Shown: positions 1-8,775, counted from the first letter of the stretch. The stretch: 15,954 nt of DNA from Saprospiraceae bacterium (GCA_007121335.1 SKLY01000201.1:1-15954); one strand, 5' to 3'. Program-made: numbers and translations. Notes: a model not told the origin generated them from the sequence alone.

Positions 1-1651
1 GCATCTTACGCAGGGGAATTCCGGTCCATCGGGAAACAACCTCTGCGATATCGTTGGCAGTAACTTCGTCCTTGGTAAATCTTCGCTCTTCAGGCAGTGC
101 ATCCAATTTTTCCTCCGCCACCCTCAACATGGCCTCCTTTTCCTTTAACTCGCCATAGCGGATTTTAGCTACCAATTCGTAGTTACTATCCCTTTCAGCG
201 CGCTGTGCCTGAATTTCCAATTCTTCAATATCCTTTCTAATACTTTGGATGGTATCCACAATTTCCTTCTCATTATTCCAACCTGCTTTTAGCTCATCCA
301 GCTTCTCCCTTGCATTCGCAATCTGTTCGTTGATGGCTTCAATTTGGCGCTTGTTTTTCTCCCTTTTAAAGTGCTCTTTTTCAATCTCGAGCTGTCGAAC
401 CTTTCTGTCCCACTCATCGATCACCTCGGGCACGGAATCCAATTCCAATCTGAGTTTGGCAGCAGCCTCATCAATGAGGTCAATGGCCTTGTCGGGCAAC
501 TGCCGGTCAGTGATGTAGCGGTCTGATAGTTCCGCAGCGGCAATGAGTGCCTCGTCCAAAATCTCAATTTTGTGATACACCTCATAGCGCTCTTGCAATC
601 CCCTCAAAATGGTAATGGTGTCATCCACGGAGGGCTGACCGATAACCACCTTCTGAAACCGCCTCTCCAGAGCTTTATCGCTCTCGAAATATTTCTGATA
701 CTCATCAAGGGTGGTTGCACCTATGGTCCTGAGTTCACCGCGAGCCAAAGCGGGCTTCAGGATGTTGGCAGCATCCATGGCTCCGCCTCCGCCGCCGGCA
801 CCGATAAGAGTGTGTATCTCATCAATAAACAGAATAATCCGGCCATCAGAGGAAGTAACCTCCTTAATTACGGCTTTCAACCGCTCCTCAAATTCACCTT
901 TGTACTTGGCTCCGGCTATAAGAGAGGCGAGGTCTAGTGTGTATATTTTTTTATTGCCGAGATTCTCAGGAATATCTCCCTTCACTATGCGCCAGGCAAT
1001 CCCCTCAATAATCGCGGTTTTTCCGACACCGGCATCTCCAATCAATATGGGGTTGTTCTTTTTCCGTCGGCTCAGTATATGCATGACCCTGCGGATCTCC
1101 TCATCTCGCCCAATAATGGGGTCGAGCTTCCCGCTCTCAGCCTGCTCGTTGAGATTGATGGCATATTTATCGAGGGCATTGTACTGATTGTCAGCCTGCT
1201 GATCTTTGACCCGGCTTCCCTTTCGCAATTCTCCGATGGCATCCTTCATCTTTTTTTCGGTGGCGCCAGCATCTTTTAGAATGGCTGAGCCCTTGTCGTT
1301 ACCTTGCAAAATACCGAGAATAATCAATTCGAGGGAAATGTACTCATCCTTAAATTCCTTCATTAGATTTCTCGCGCGATTGAGCGCCTGATTGGAATCA
1401 TTAGTGAGATACTGCTTATCGCTTCCCTCCACTTTGGGGTAGGACTCTATCGCTTTGTCAACAGCGGTCTTTACCGTTGGATAGTTCACGCCCATTTTGC
1501 CTAGCAAAAAGGAAAACACATCCTCTCCTTCCTCCATAATTCCTTTGAGAAGATGGGGTGTATCAACAGTCTGTTGGTTGTATCCCTGCGCAATCTGCTG
1601 GGCCTTGAGAATGGCCTCCTGGGATTTTACGGTGAAATTTTCAAATGTCAT
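1..1651 (-). CDS. clpB: ATP-dependent chaperone ClpB (Hsp100 disaggregase). The N-terminal part including the D1 AAA+ domain and the coiled-coil M-domain is present; the C-terminus is cut by the window edge.
   Basis: The reverse-complement translation from ATG at 1649-1651 reads MTFENFTVKSQEAILKAQQIA... It contains the D1 Walker A (GDAGVGKTAI), a ClpB-type ILFIDEIHTLIGAGGGGGAMDAAN block and a long coiled-coil M-domain rich in EL/KE heptads. Plus-strand ORFs in 249-1793 are antisense shadows of this frame. Confidence 0.93.
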   Translation of the reverse strand, partial: MTFENFTVKSQEAILKAQQIAQGYNQQTVDTPHLLKGIMEEGEDVFSFLLGKMGVNYPTVKTAVDKAIESYPKVEGSDKQYLTNDSNQALNRARNLMKEFKDEYISLELIILGILQGNDKGSAILKDAGATEKKMKDAIGELRKGSRVKDQQADNQYNALDKYAINLNEQAESGKLDPIIGRDEEIRRVMHILSRRKKNNPILIGDAGVGKTAIIEGIAWRIVKGDIPENLGNKKIYTLDLASLIAGAKYKGEFEERLKAVIKEVTSSDGRIILFIDEIHTLIGAGGGGGAMDAANILKPALARGELRTIGATTLDEYQKYFESDKALERRFQKVVIGQPSVDDTITILRGLQERYEVYHKIEILDEALIAAAELSDRYITDRQLPDKAIDLIDEAAAKLRLELDSVPEVIDEWDRKVRQLEIEKEHFKREKNKRQIEAINEQIANAREKLDELKAGWNNEKEIVDTIQSIRKDIEELEIQAQRAERDSNYELVAKIRYGELKEKEAMLRVAEEKLDALPEERRFTKDEVTANDIAEVVSRWTGIPLRKM

Positions 1652-1834
1652 GGGTGGTAAATTTTTTAATTCCCTACCTGCAAAATTCCAACCACTTGTA
1701 CAAAAGCCACTTAATGCGGCCATTATGTCAGTGTGTTTCGGATTTTTTGTCAGAAATAGACTAAAAAAGACAGGTGCTTTTCCACTGAGGTAGCCGGAAT
1801 AAACTTCAGTCAAAATTGCCAATAGGCTGCAAAT

Positions 1835-3958
1835 TCATATTTCGATTCGCAGGGAAATATCCCAGTTCCTCCCGGCAGCAGTCTGATAATATCGTCCGCC
1901 AAAAGCGTTGAGGTCATTCCCCAGGCTGTAAATTGTATCAAATACATTGTCCAGTCCTGCTGAAAGAAAAATTTTATCTGCAAAACCCGTCTGGAATCCA
2001 TAGTTAAACCTCAGACTAAATACGTTCCAGGAGGATTGGAATTCAGTATTTTCATCCGTCAGCGGCAAACGGTCTGAATAGCGGTGTTGAAGATAAAGAC
2101 TCCCTGAACCAAAGAAACCAACTTTGAGCTCATTAAAGGCGGAGTGAGGAGCGACACCGGTTAGGTAATTGCCACTTAAATCAAATGGTCCAAAAATCTG
2201 ATCTCTGAAGTAGAAGAAATGTCCGGTATAAGTGTGCTTAAGTTGAATGTCAGAGAGAAAACGATTGTCGGAAGTTCGGAGCAATGGGTAGTTCAGTGAA
2301 AATTCCACGCCGAACTGATTCGTTCCACCGGAATTTCGGAACAGTACCACTCCGTCTTCATTGGTAAAGGTAGAAATAGACTCTGACAAGCGGTAGTAGA
2401 AGGTCGAAAGGTCCCAATGAACTCCCCTTTGTGGCATTATTCCCCGGTAACCCAATTCGAAATTCAATCCCCGTTCCGCTTCCAAATCTTCATTTAAACT
2501 GCCCTCGTTGGTGCGAAATTCGTCCAATGTAGGTGGCGAAAATCCCGCACTAACTGATGCAAACATAGATGATGTCTCATTGAATTTGTAAGAGGCAGCA
2601 ATCCGCGGCACCCATTCAGCTTGAAAATTTCTGGAAACTGCAAAGGGCGTTCCGGTTAGATTATCCACATTGCGGTCCACTTTGTAACCCACTGTATTTC
2701 GACTCAAACCCAGGGTCAACAACCAGTCACTACTCAATTCAGCCTCTGCCTGGGTGAAGAAAAAATAATTCCTGGTCCTGATGTCGTCGGCAAACCGCAT
2801 GGTGTCGCGGACGCCTTCTTTATTGCCAAAATTCCTGGCCGAAACCCTTCCCTGTTGAAATTCAGCACCCAGGACCAACCTCAACGGCAGACCGGCCAGG
2901 ACAGCATCTTTCCTAAAAACAGTGCGACCTCCGTAATCAGTACCCAAATCTTTTTTGTAATCGAGGATAAAGGGGTGGTCAAAATCCGTATTGGAGAGGA
3001 AAACAGAGCTGGAATTGGTAACATTGTTGCCCAAATTGCGCTCTATGGTGAAGCCAGTTAAAAGGGTGCGCTGCCGGATTGAGGAGTTTTGCTCTATACT
3101 GCCGGGACGAGACTGATACGGATCCTCTTTGAACTGCCCTAGAGTCAAACCACCGGGGATTTGATAAAAAAGGTCGGAATACAGAACATGAAAGCCCACC
3201 GGTTGATCGGCTGTGGGAAACCATCTGCCCGAAAAATTAAATACGGTGCGCTCCGTGCGGCTGTGTTCGCGGTGTCCATCGGATCGAAAATGATGAAGCC
3301 CCGCCGTGTATTGCATATCATCGGTAGCTCCGGACTTTTTCAAGCCCAGTCGATACATGTCAAATGAACCTGTGGCAGTTTGAGCAGTCAACCGGGACTC
3401 CTCATCTGAAAGGCGATTACTGAATTTTAATACGCCTCCATTTCCGGCACCGTAAATACTTCCAGCCGGCCCCTTCAGAATTTCGATTTGATCGGTTACA
3501 GCCACATCCAGTATATTGAGTGCTGTGGTCCCGTCGGCCAGTGTCAGTGGGAGATCGTTCCAGTAAACCTTAACATTTCGAACACCAAAGGGAGCGCGAA
3601 GAGAACTACCCCTCACCGACACCCTGTAGCTCGAAGGTGCACGTTGTTCAAGTCGCACCCCCGGCCTGGAATTGATGGCTTCATTCAAGCTCCTGCTTCC
3701 AAACGCCTCAAAATCTGCCGGACCCAACCGCTCTATCCCAGCAGCTTGTTGCAACAGCGGCCGATCACTCTCAAAGGCCCTTATCTCCACTTCGGGTAAA
3801 TATTCTCCACTTATTGGTTGTATGGTATCTTTAGCAGTTGTTGATGCATTTAAAAGGGAAGATGCATGAACGATATGATTAAAAGAAAACAGCAGAAAAA
3901 AAACCGGCAAAACCAACCTGGCTTTACTGATGAAGATGCATTGTAGTCCTTTTCTCAT
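1835..3958 (-). CDS. TonB-dependent outer-membrane receptor of about 700 aa (small-substrate class, not SusC-like), with plug and barrel.
   Basis: A 707-aa ORF with an N-terminal signal peptide (MRKGLQCIFISKARLVLPVFFLLFSFNHIVHA). It has a TonB-box-like LPEVEIRA, plug-domain motifs (RVSVRGSS..., NVKVYWNDLPL, IEILKGPAGSIYG) and a long beta-barrel rich in aromatic/Gly alternations. Confidence 0.88.
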   Translation of the reverse strand: MRKGLQCIFISKARLVLPVFFLLFSFNHIVHASSLLNASTTAKDTIQPISGEYLPEVEIRAFESDRPLLQQAAGIERLGPADFEAFGSRSLNEAINSRPGVRLEQRAPSSYRVSVRGSSLRAPFGVRNVKVYWNDLPLTLADGTTALNILDVAVTDQIEILKGPAGSIYGAGNGGVLKFSNRLSDEESRLTAQTATGSFDMYRLGLKKSGATDDMQYTAGLHHFRSDGHREHSRTERTVFNFSGRWFPTADQPVGFHVLYSDLFYQIPGGLTLGQFKEDPYQSRPGSIEQNSSIRQRTLLTGFTIERNLGNNVTNSSSVFLSNTDFDHPFILDYKKDLGTDYGGRTVFRKDAVLAGLPLRLVLGAEFQQGRVSARNFGNKEGVRDTMRFADDIRTRNYFFFTQAEAELSSDWLLTLGLSRNTVGYKVDRNVDNLTGTPFAVSRNFQAEWVPRIAASYKFNETSSMFASVSAGFSPPTLDEFRTNEGSLNEDLEAERGLNFELGYRGIMPQRGVHWDLSTFYYRLSESISTFTNEDGVVLFRNSGGTNQFGVEFSLNYPLLRTSDNRFLSDIQLKHTYTGHFFYFRDQIFGPFDLSGNYLTGVAPHSAFNELKVGFFGSGSLYLQHRYSDRLPLTDENTEFQSSWNVFSLRFNYGFQTGFADKIFLSAGLDNVFDTIYSLGNDLNAFGGRYYQTAAGRNWDISLRIEI

Positions 3959-4232
3959 GGTTCGAAGTAATTTTTTCAGTCGTAAACTGATAGCATAATG
4001 CCAGAAGCTGGAAAGGGTTTAGCAGTCAGCTATTGAAAAAATCAAATAGGCATGAGGCTTTCTGTACACTGAGTCGGGGAGACCGGATTTAAACCATCGG
4101 CCTTTGTGTCCCGAACGCAGCAGACTCACCGTAATGATCTACAGCGCGATATGCTTTTGGCAATCAAGTACAAGGTCTGAGAAGGCGAAGGAAATTAGCA
4201 GTTTTTTCGCTTGAAAGGCCAACGAAACTAAT

Positions 4233-5315
4233 CTACATTCTGTAAACCAGGGCATTGATATTCATTCCGGCACCCACGGAAGCAAGTACGACAATTTGGC
4301 CTTCCTCCAACTGGTGATTCTCAAGTTCGCCTCGCAGTATGAGATCCAGGAGGGTTGGTATTGTAGCAACCGAGGAATTTCCGAGCCAGGAGATGGTCAT
4401 TGGCATAATGTGGTCCGGGACATTTTTTTCACCGTACAGTTTATAGAGCCTTTTGAGGATGGCCTCATCCATTTTGCCGTTGGCCTGATGAATCAACAGT
4501 TTGGATACATCCCCAATTGGAATTTCGCATTTGTCAAGACAGTCTTTAATGGCCTGCGGTACATAAGTCAGGGCGTACTGGTACAATTTCCGACCGTTCA
4601 TTTTCAGGTAAATATTGCCCTCGTTGAGACCATTGGGGTGATAGGAGGCACCCATGTGCAGCATTTGTGAGTACTGATGGGCATCGGACCGTGCCGAGTG
4701 CCCGAGAATCCCTTTGGGTTCTGTACTGATTTCTCCCTGGAGGACCACGGCTCCCGCTCCATCGGAGTAAATCATGCTATCGCGGTCGTGCGGATCAGAA
4801 ACCCTTGACAAAACTTCGGCACCTATTACCAGTACTTTATTAAAGTCACCCGAGCGAATCAGGTAATCTGCCTGAACCACTGCCTGAAGCCACCCCGGAC
4901 ATCCAAATGCAATGTCGTAGCAAACACTTCCCGGGTTTTCAATACCAAGTCTGCTCTTTACACGAGATGCCAAACTGGGAACAAAATCCGAGCGATTACT
5001 GCCCTTTTTTACATCTCCAAAATTGTGTGCGAAGATAATGTGATCCAATTCCTCGCCCGAAATACCTGCCGATTCAATAGCGCGTTTTGCGGCTTCAAAG
5101 CCGAGATCGCTGGTCACCATTTCGTCCCCGGCATACCGCCGCTCATCGATGGTGGTGATTTGCTGAAATTTTTCTACAATCTCACTGTTCGTCTTGTCGT
5201 ATTTGCCACCGCTTTCATCCAAAAACTCCCTGTTCAGAAACTCTTCATTCTTCACCACTATATGCGGGACAAAACTCCCGGTTCCAATAATTCTGCTGTA
5301 GGTTCTCTTACTCAT
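4233..5315 (-). CDS. Beta-ketoacyl-ACP synthase III family protein (long FabH-like KAS III of 360 aa).
   Basis: The N-terminus is SRIIGTGSFVP. The active-site Cys lies in AFGCPGWLQA, His in LIHQANGKM and Asn in WLGNSSVATIP, giving a Cys-His-Asn triad of the KAS III/thiolase fold. Start is ATG at 5313-5315. Confidence 0.85.
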   Translation of the reverse strand: MSKRTYSRIIGTGSFVPHIVVKNEEFLNREFLDESGGKYDKTNSEIVEKFQQITTIDERRYAGDEMVTSDLGFEAAKRAIESAGISGEELDHIIFAHNFGDVKKGSNRSDFVPSLASRVKSRLGIENPGSVCYDIAFGCPGWLQAVVQADYLIRSGDFNKVLVIGAEVLSRVSDPHDRDSMIYSDGAGAVVLQGEISTEPKGILGHSARSDAHQYSQMLHMGASYHPNGLNEGNIYLKMNGRKLYQYALTYVPQAIKDCLDKCEIPIGDVSKLLIHQANGKMDEAILKRLYKLYGEKNVPDHIMPMTISWLGNSSVATIPTLLDLILRGELENHQLEEGQIVVLASVGAGMNINALVYRM

Positions 5316-5547
5316 CTGTACAATTTATAATGATCATCTGCATTCTTTTTGATTCCCGGCACAAAGAACGCCACTCCCTTAGATAACATTACATTCACTT
5401 GAATTGATCCTAAACAATTAACATCATACACACACATTAATTCAAATAAACCAACCAATTCGCGGACAAAAGGATCACATTCCCCTTAGAGCACAGGCTA
5501 AGTTATAAAAATTGCCACATAGTGTTACCGTTTTTTTGTACCATTAT

Positions 5548-5555
5548 TATCTTTG
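5548..5555 (+). promoter_or_regulatory. Candidate Bacteroidetes sigma-A -7 element (TAnnTTTG) for the downstream lipoprotein gene.
   Basis: tatctttg matches TAnnTTTG exactly. It lies 22 nt upstream of ATG 5577, with a T-rich/TTG region about 20 nt further upstream (5527-5538). Confidence 0.4.
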
Positions 5556-5576
5556 TAGGAAAGATAAAAGGTATTC

Positions 5577-6020
5577 ATGAAGCTTTGGTTATTAATTCTT
5601 GCTGTTGGTGCTTTCACTATTCTCCTTTCATGTGTGGCAGAAAAGCCGGAAGAAAGTCCCAAAATAACCACCACTGTTCAAAGTCCCAACGAGGATTCAG
5701 AACTAGCTTTACTGATGCGTTTTATGTACGATGATATGTACCGCGTCAAATCCGAGCTGGAAGCGGGTAAAAGAGCCAGTCTCGAGCACGACCCAAAGGA
5801 AATGTTTACAGCGGAACCAACAGATTCAGCCCAGGTTTCAACCGAGTCTTACAAAGCTTTCGGTCAGGCCTACATAGCAGCTTACAATACTTTCCACCAG
5901 GCAGAGCAAGCCAATTTAAAAGAGCACTTTGAAGTATTAGTGCATAGCTGCATGACCTGCCACCAAACAACTTGCCCCGGGCCCATGAGAAGAATTCAAA
6001 ATCTCTATTTTGATAATTAG
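5577..6020 (+). CDS. Small lipoprotein with a single C-terminal CXXCH haem-c motif, a putative class II c-type cytochrome of the cytochrome c'/c556 type.
   Basis: There is a signal peptide plus lipobox (LAVGAFTILLSC). The predicted mature part is about 125 aa and helical-looking, with the only Cys pair in CMTCH near the C-terminus (HSCMTCHQTTCPG). A C-terminal CXXCH in a ~125-aa protein is the class II cytochrome c arrangement. Confidence 0.6.
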   Translation: MKLWLLILAVGAFTILLSCVAEKPEESPKITTTVQSPNEDSELALLMRFMYDDMYRVKSELEAGKRASLEHDPKEMFTAEPTDSAQVSTESYKAFGQAYIAAYNTFHQAEQANLKEHFEVLVHSCMTCHQTTCPGPMRRIQNLYFDN

Positions 6021-6034
6021 TTCTAATCTCCTAC

Positions 6035-6056
6035 CCTGGAGTCAGGTTTTCCCTTT
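6035..6056 (+). terminator. Possible compact terminator hairpin (cctg-gagt-cagg) followed by a T-rich tract in the 21-bp convergent gap between the lipoprotein gene and pcm.
   Basis: A 4-bp stem (cctg/cagg) with loop gagt is followed by ttttccctttc. It overlaps the pcm stop codon. The stem is weak. Confidence 0.2.
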
Positions 6057-6701
6057 CAGCATGGGGACGAATCGGAAAAGTCCGTGAGAAGTTCGGGAAA
6101 AACTGCCATCTTCATTTCTCCTGTACCTGTACATTTTCTGAGTGCTTTTTGCCTTGCCGAGAGGGATAACAGCCAGACCACCAATCTTCAATTGACGGAG
6201 TAAATTCACAGGAGTTTCGTGGGCTGCGGCCGTAACCAATATTCTATCGAATGGTCCGTGATCGGGAAGTCCCTCCCATCCGTCCCCGTAGAAAACCTGA
6301 ACCTGGGGGTATCCGGCCCTTTCCAAATTAGCAATTGCAGTGTCTCTCAGTTTAGAAAACCTTTCAATGGAGTAAACTTCGGCCCCAAGTTCTGCGAGAA
6401 TGGCCGATTGGTAGCCACTGCCGGTTCCGATTTCCAGTACTCTGTGACCCGGTTCAAGTTCCAACAAGTCGGTTTGAATAGCAACAGTATAAGGCTGAGA
6501 GATAGTTTGGTCACAATCGATTTGAAAGGCCTGATCCCTATATGCCCACTCTTCAAAGCCTTTAGAGATGAAGAGATGGCGAGGCACTTTTCCAAAAGCT
6601 TCGAGAATACGCGGATCTTTGATTCCCTTGTTTTTGAGGTCTTCCACCATTCTCCGGCGCTGGCCCCTCATGAGGTAATTGTCCCCTTTCATTTGGTCCA
6701 T
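6042..6701 (-). CDS. pcm: Protein-L-isoaspartate O-methyltransferase.
   Basis: It carries RMVEDLKNKGIKDPRILEAF, the SAM-binding LEIGTGSGYQSAILAEL and a C-terminal VIPLG motif. The true start may be an internal Met (MRGQRRRM...) rather than the first ATG. Confidence 0.9.
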   Translation of the reverse strand: MDQMKGDNYLMRGQRRRMVEDLKNKGIKDPRILEAFGKVPRHLFISKGFEEWAYRDQAFQIDCDQTISQPYTVAIQTDLLELEPGHRVLEIGTGSGYQSAILAELGAEVYSIERFSKLRDTAIANLERAGYPQVQVFYGDGWEGLPDHGPFDRILVTAAAHETPVNLLRQLKIGGLAVIPLGKAKSTQKMYRYRRNEDGSFSRTSHGLFRFVPMLKGKT

Positions 6702-6755
6702 TCAGTAAGAATTTAAAGGTCGAATATACGAAAAAAGGGATGAAACAGGGCAGTA

Positions 6756-6794
6756 TCAAAAGGAAAAAGGCATGAATTTTTGACGATCCATGCC
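6756..6794 (-). terminator. Rho-independent terminator candidate downstream of rplY.
   Basis: On the minus strand the sequence reads ggcatgga-tcgtcaaaaat-tcatgcc, a 6-8 bp stem, followed by tttttcctttt. It lies 37 nt after the rplY stop. Confidence 0.5.
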
Positions 6795-6830
6795 CCTTGT
6801 GCCTGTTGATTAATTTCAGATAGGTAATTT

Positions 6831-7478
6831 TTATTCCTCAGCTGTCTCCTCAGTTGCAGCCTCTTCTCCTTCAGCAGCCGCCTCTTCTTTACCTTCTCCC
6901 TCTCTGGCCTCTTTGGATGCTGCGGACTTGAGTGCTCTTGGCACTTCAACTGAAACAATGGGAATTCCCGTTGCATTCATGATTTCCACACCCTCGGGCA
7001 CATCAATGTCCCTGACACGAAGTGCAGATCCCAATTTCAATCCGGAAACATCCACAAATACTTCATCCACGAGGAATTCGGGATTGGTTTTGATCTTAAC
7101 CTTACGCAACAATTGCTGCAATTTACCACCTTCCTTCACACCCGGAGAAACTCCTTTGATTCTGAGGGGTATTTGCACCTTAATGTTGACACCGTCCACC
7201 ATTTTGAGGAAGTCTGCGTGCATAATTTGTTCCGTTACAGGGTGGAACTGTATATCCTTAAGTATGCACTTGTGGGTTTTTCCATCTATATTGAGCTCAG
7301 CAAGTTTGAATGCGGGATTGTAAACAAGGTCTTTGAAATCCTTTTCCCTGCAAACTACCGAGAGAGTTTGATCACCTCCGTATATCACGCAGGGAACCAA
7401 CTTCTCTTTTCTGAGTCTTCTGGCTGCACTTTTTCCAGTGTTTTCTCGCTTTTTGGCCTCTATGGCTACCGTTTCCAT
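6831..7478 (-). CDS. rplY: 50S ribosomal protein L25 / general stress protein Ctc, with an acidic Ala/Glu-rich C-terminal tail.
   Basis: The N-terminus ...AKKRENTGKSAARRLRKEKLVPCVIYGG... is the L25/Ctc signature. The EAAAEGEEAATEETAEE tail is typical of long Ctc-type L25 proteins. Confidence 0.92.
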   Translation of the reverse strand: METVAIEAKKRENTGKSAARRLRKEKLVPCVIYGGDQTLSVVCREKDFKDLVYNPAFKLAELNIDGKTHKCILKDIQFHPVTEQIMHADFLKMVDGVNIKVQIPLRIKGVSPGVKEGGKLQQLLRKVKIKTNPEFLVDEVFVDVSGLKLGSALRVRDIDVPEGVEIMNATGIPIVSVEVPRALKSAASKEAREGEGKEEAAAEGEEAATEETAEE

Positions 7479-7511
7479 GCCTTTAAAATTTAGCTGTTTT
7501 CAAAAGGACTG

Positions 7512-7519
7512 CAAAGATA
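7512..7519 (-). promoter_or_regulatory. Candidate -7 element (TATCTTTG on the minus strand) for rplY.
   Basis: Plus-strand caaagata is TATCTTTG on the minus strand, an exact match to TAnnTTTG. It lies 34-41 nt upstream of the rplY ATG (7478). Confidence 0.35.
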
Positions 7520-7608
7520 GGCAAAATCCCTGATTAATAGCCAAGTATTTGATTGAAATATTTTTTGACTCAGGCGATTAAGCCAACCAGCCGTACATCT
7601 GAAATAAT

Positions 7609-8535
7609 CTACTCTATAAACAATGCTGATATAGAGCGGTGTTCGTGGGTATTTCTAATGGCTTTTGAAAACAGCTTTGCCACGCTGAGAACCGATATTT
7701 TGTCCAGTTTCTTTTTCAGCGGTATAGTATCTGTCACAATGAGTTCGTCTATATCAGATTGCTCGATGTTTTCATAGGCATTTCCGGAAAGGACCGGATG
7801 GGTGCAGATGGCTTTTACAGAGGCAGCACCTTTGTCCATCAGTGCTTTGGCAGCTTTGCAAAGTGTTCCCGCAGTATCGACAATGTCGTCCACCATGATG
7901 ACCTCAGCGTCTTTTACATCTCCAATCACAATGATCTCAGCCACCTCATTGGCCCTTTCTCTCCGCTTGTCACAAATCACCAGGTCGCAGCCGAAATACT
8001 TGGCAAATTGTCGGGCTCTTTTTACTCCGCCGACATCCGGAGAAGCGAATTTCACCCTTGACAAATCCCGCTTGCTGAGGTAGGGCACGAATATGGCATT
8101 GCTCTTCAAGTGGTCAACAGGTATGTCAAAAAATCCCTGTATTTGGTCTGCATGAAAATCAAGTGTCATCACTCTGTCCGCTCCGGCAGCCTGCAAAAGA
8201 TTGGCGATGAGTTTGGCCGATATCGGCACCCTGGCTTTGTCCTTCCTATCCTGTCGCGCATAACCAAAATAAGGCATCACAGCTGTAATGTAGCTGGCAG
8301 AGGCCCGTTTTGCGGTATCGATCATCAAAAGCAACTCCATCAGATTGTCCGTGGGAGAAAAAGTACTCTGAATGAGAAAGGTGTAAGCCCCCCTGACGGA
8401 CTCTCTTATTTCTGTCTGCATTTCACCATCGCTGAACCTGTGGAGTTTGATATCTCCGGGAGCACCTCCGTAGTGGTGAATTATCTTATCTGCGAGGTAT
8501 TGAGAACCGGAGCCGGAGAAGAGCTTAATTTCCAT
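7609..8535 (-). CDS. prs: Ribose-phosphate pyrophosphokinase (PRPP synthetase).
   Basis: MEIKLFSGSGSQYLADKI... is the classic Prs N-terminus. DFHADQIQGFFDIPVDHL and the PRPP-binding loop VIMVDDIVDTAGT are present. The ORF track begins at a TTG (8544), but the ATG at 8533-8535 gives the canonical Prs N-terminus. Confidence 0.94.
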   Translation of the reverse strand: MEIKLFSGSGSQYLADKIIHHYGGAPGDIKLHRFSDGEMQTEIRESVRGAYTFLIQSTFSPTDNLMELLLMIDTAKRASASYITAVMPYFGYARQDRKDKARVPISAKLIANLLQAAGADRVMTLDFHADQIQGFFDIPVDHLKSNAIFVPYLSKRDLSRVKFASPDVGGVKRARQFAKYFGCDLVICDKRRERANEVAEIIVIGDVKDAEVIMVDDIVDTAGTLCKAAKALMDKGAASVKAICTHPVLSGNAYENIEQSDIDELIVTDTIPLKKKLDKISVLSVAKLFSKAIRNTHEHRSISALFIE

Positions 8536-8573
8536 AAGGACCAATGCAATTTCAACATATTAAAAGATGGCAA

Positions 8574-8581
8574 CAAAAGTA
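8574..8581 (-). promoter_or_regulatory. Candidate -7 element (TACTTTTG on the minus strand) for prs.
   Basis: Plus-strand caaaagta is TACTTTTG on the minus strand, an exact match to TAnnTTTG. It lies 39-46 nt upstream of the prs ATG. Confidence 0.35.
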
Positions 8582-8775
8582 ATCAAAAAGTAACACTCCA
8601 CCGGAAAAAGCCAATATTTTCACCCGATAAAATGCCGTTGGTCGGCAAATGTGGTTAGTTTGTAAAAAAGATGGTCTCCTGTAATCAATTAACACCAAAA
8701 GTCCATTATATTTATGCCTTGTGAAAAAAGGTAAGCAGCTTCATCAATTAACCATTACTTGAAAAACGCATACTT

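Noticed and set aside
249-1793. Six plus-strand ORFs of 60-158 aa overlapping the clpB region.
   Set aside because: They are antisense shadows of the ClpB reading frame. For example, the plus-strand PPPPAPI run is the reverse of the Gly-rich GAGGGGGA block. They contain no domains, and the minus-strand ClpB match is unambiguous.
1835-3958. TonB-dependent receptor possibly truncated, because it ends in ...RIEI rather than an aromatic residue.
   Set aside because: The ORF has an intact signal peptide, TonB box, plug and a full-length barrel of about 700 aa. A terminal aromatic residue is common but not universal. There is no evidence of a frameshift.
3959-4232. Calling a cobalamin or TPP riboswitch upstream of the TonB receptor.
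   Set aside because: The minus strand shows only partial resemblance to the AdoCbl core and lacks the GCCACUG B12 box. A CUGAGA string occurs on the plus (wrong) strand only. This is not assignable without a covariance-model search, so it is reported only as a low-interest finding.
6219-8658. Plus-strand ORFs (6219-6716, 6913-7323, 7113-7493, 7759-8083, 8110-8658) and minus-strand ORFs 6347-6595, 6562-6759 and 6713-6976.
   Set aside because: They overlap pcm, rplY and prs on the opposite strand or in an alternate frame, and have low-complexity translations. The housekeeping genes account for the coding signal.
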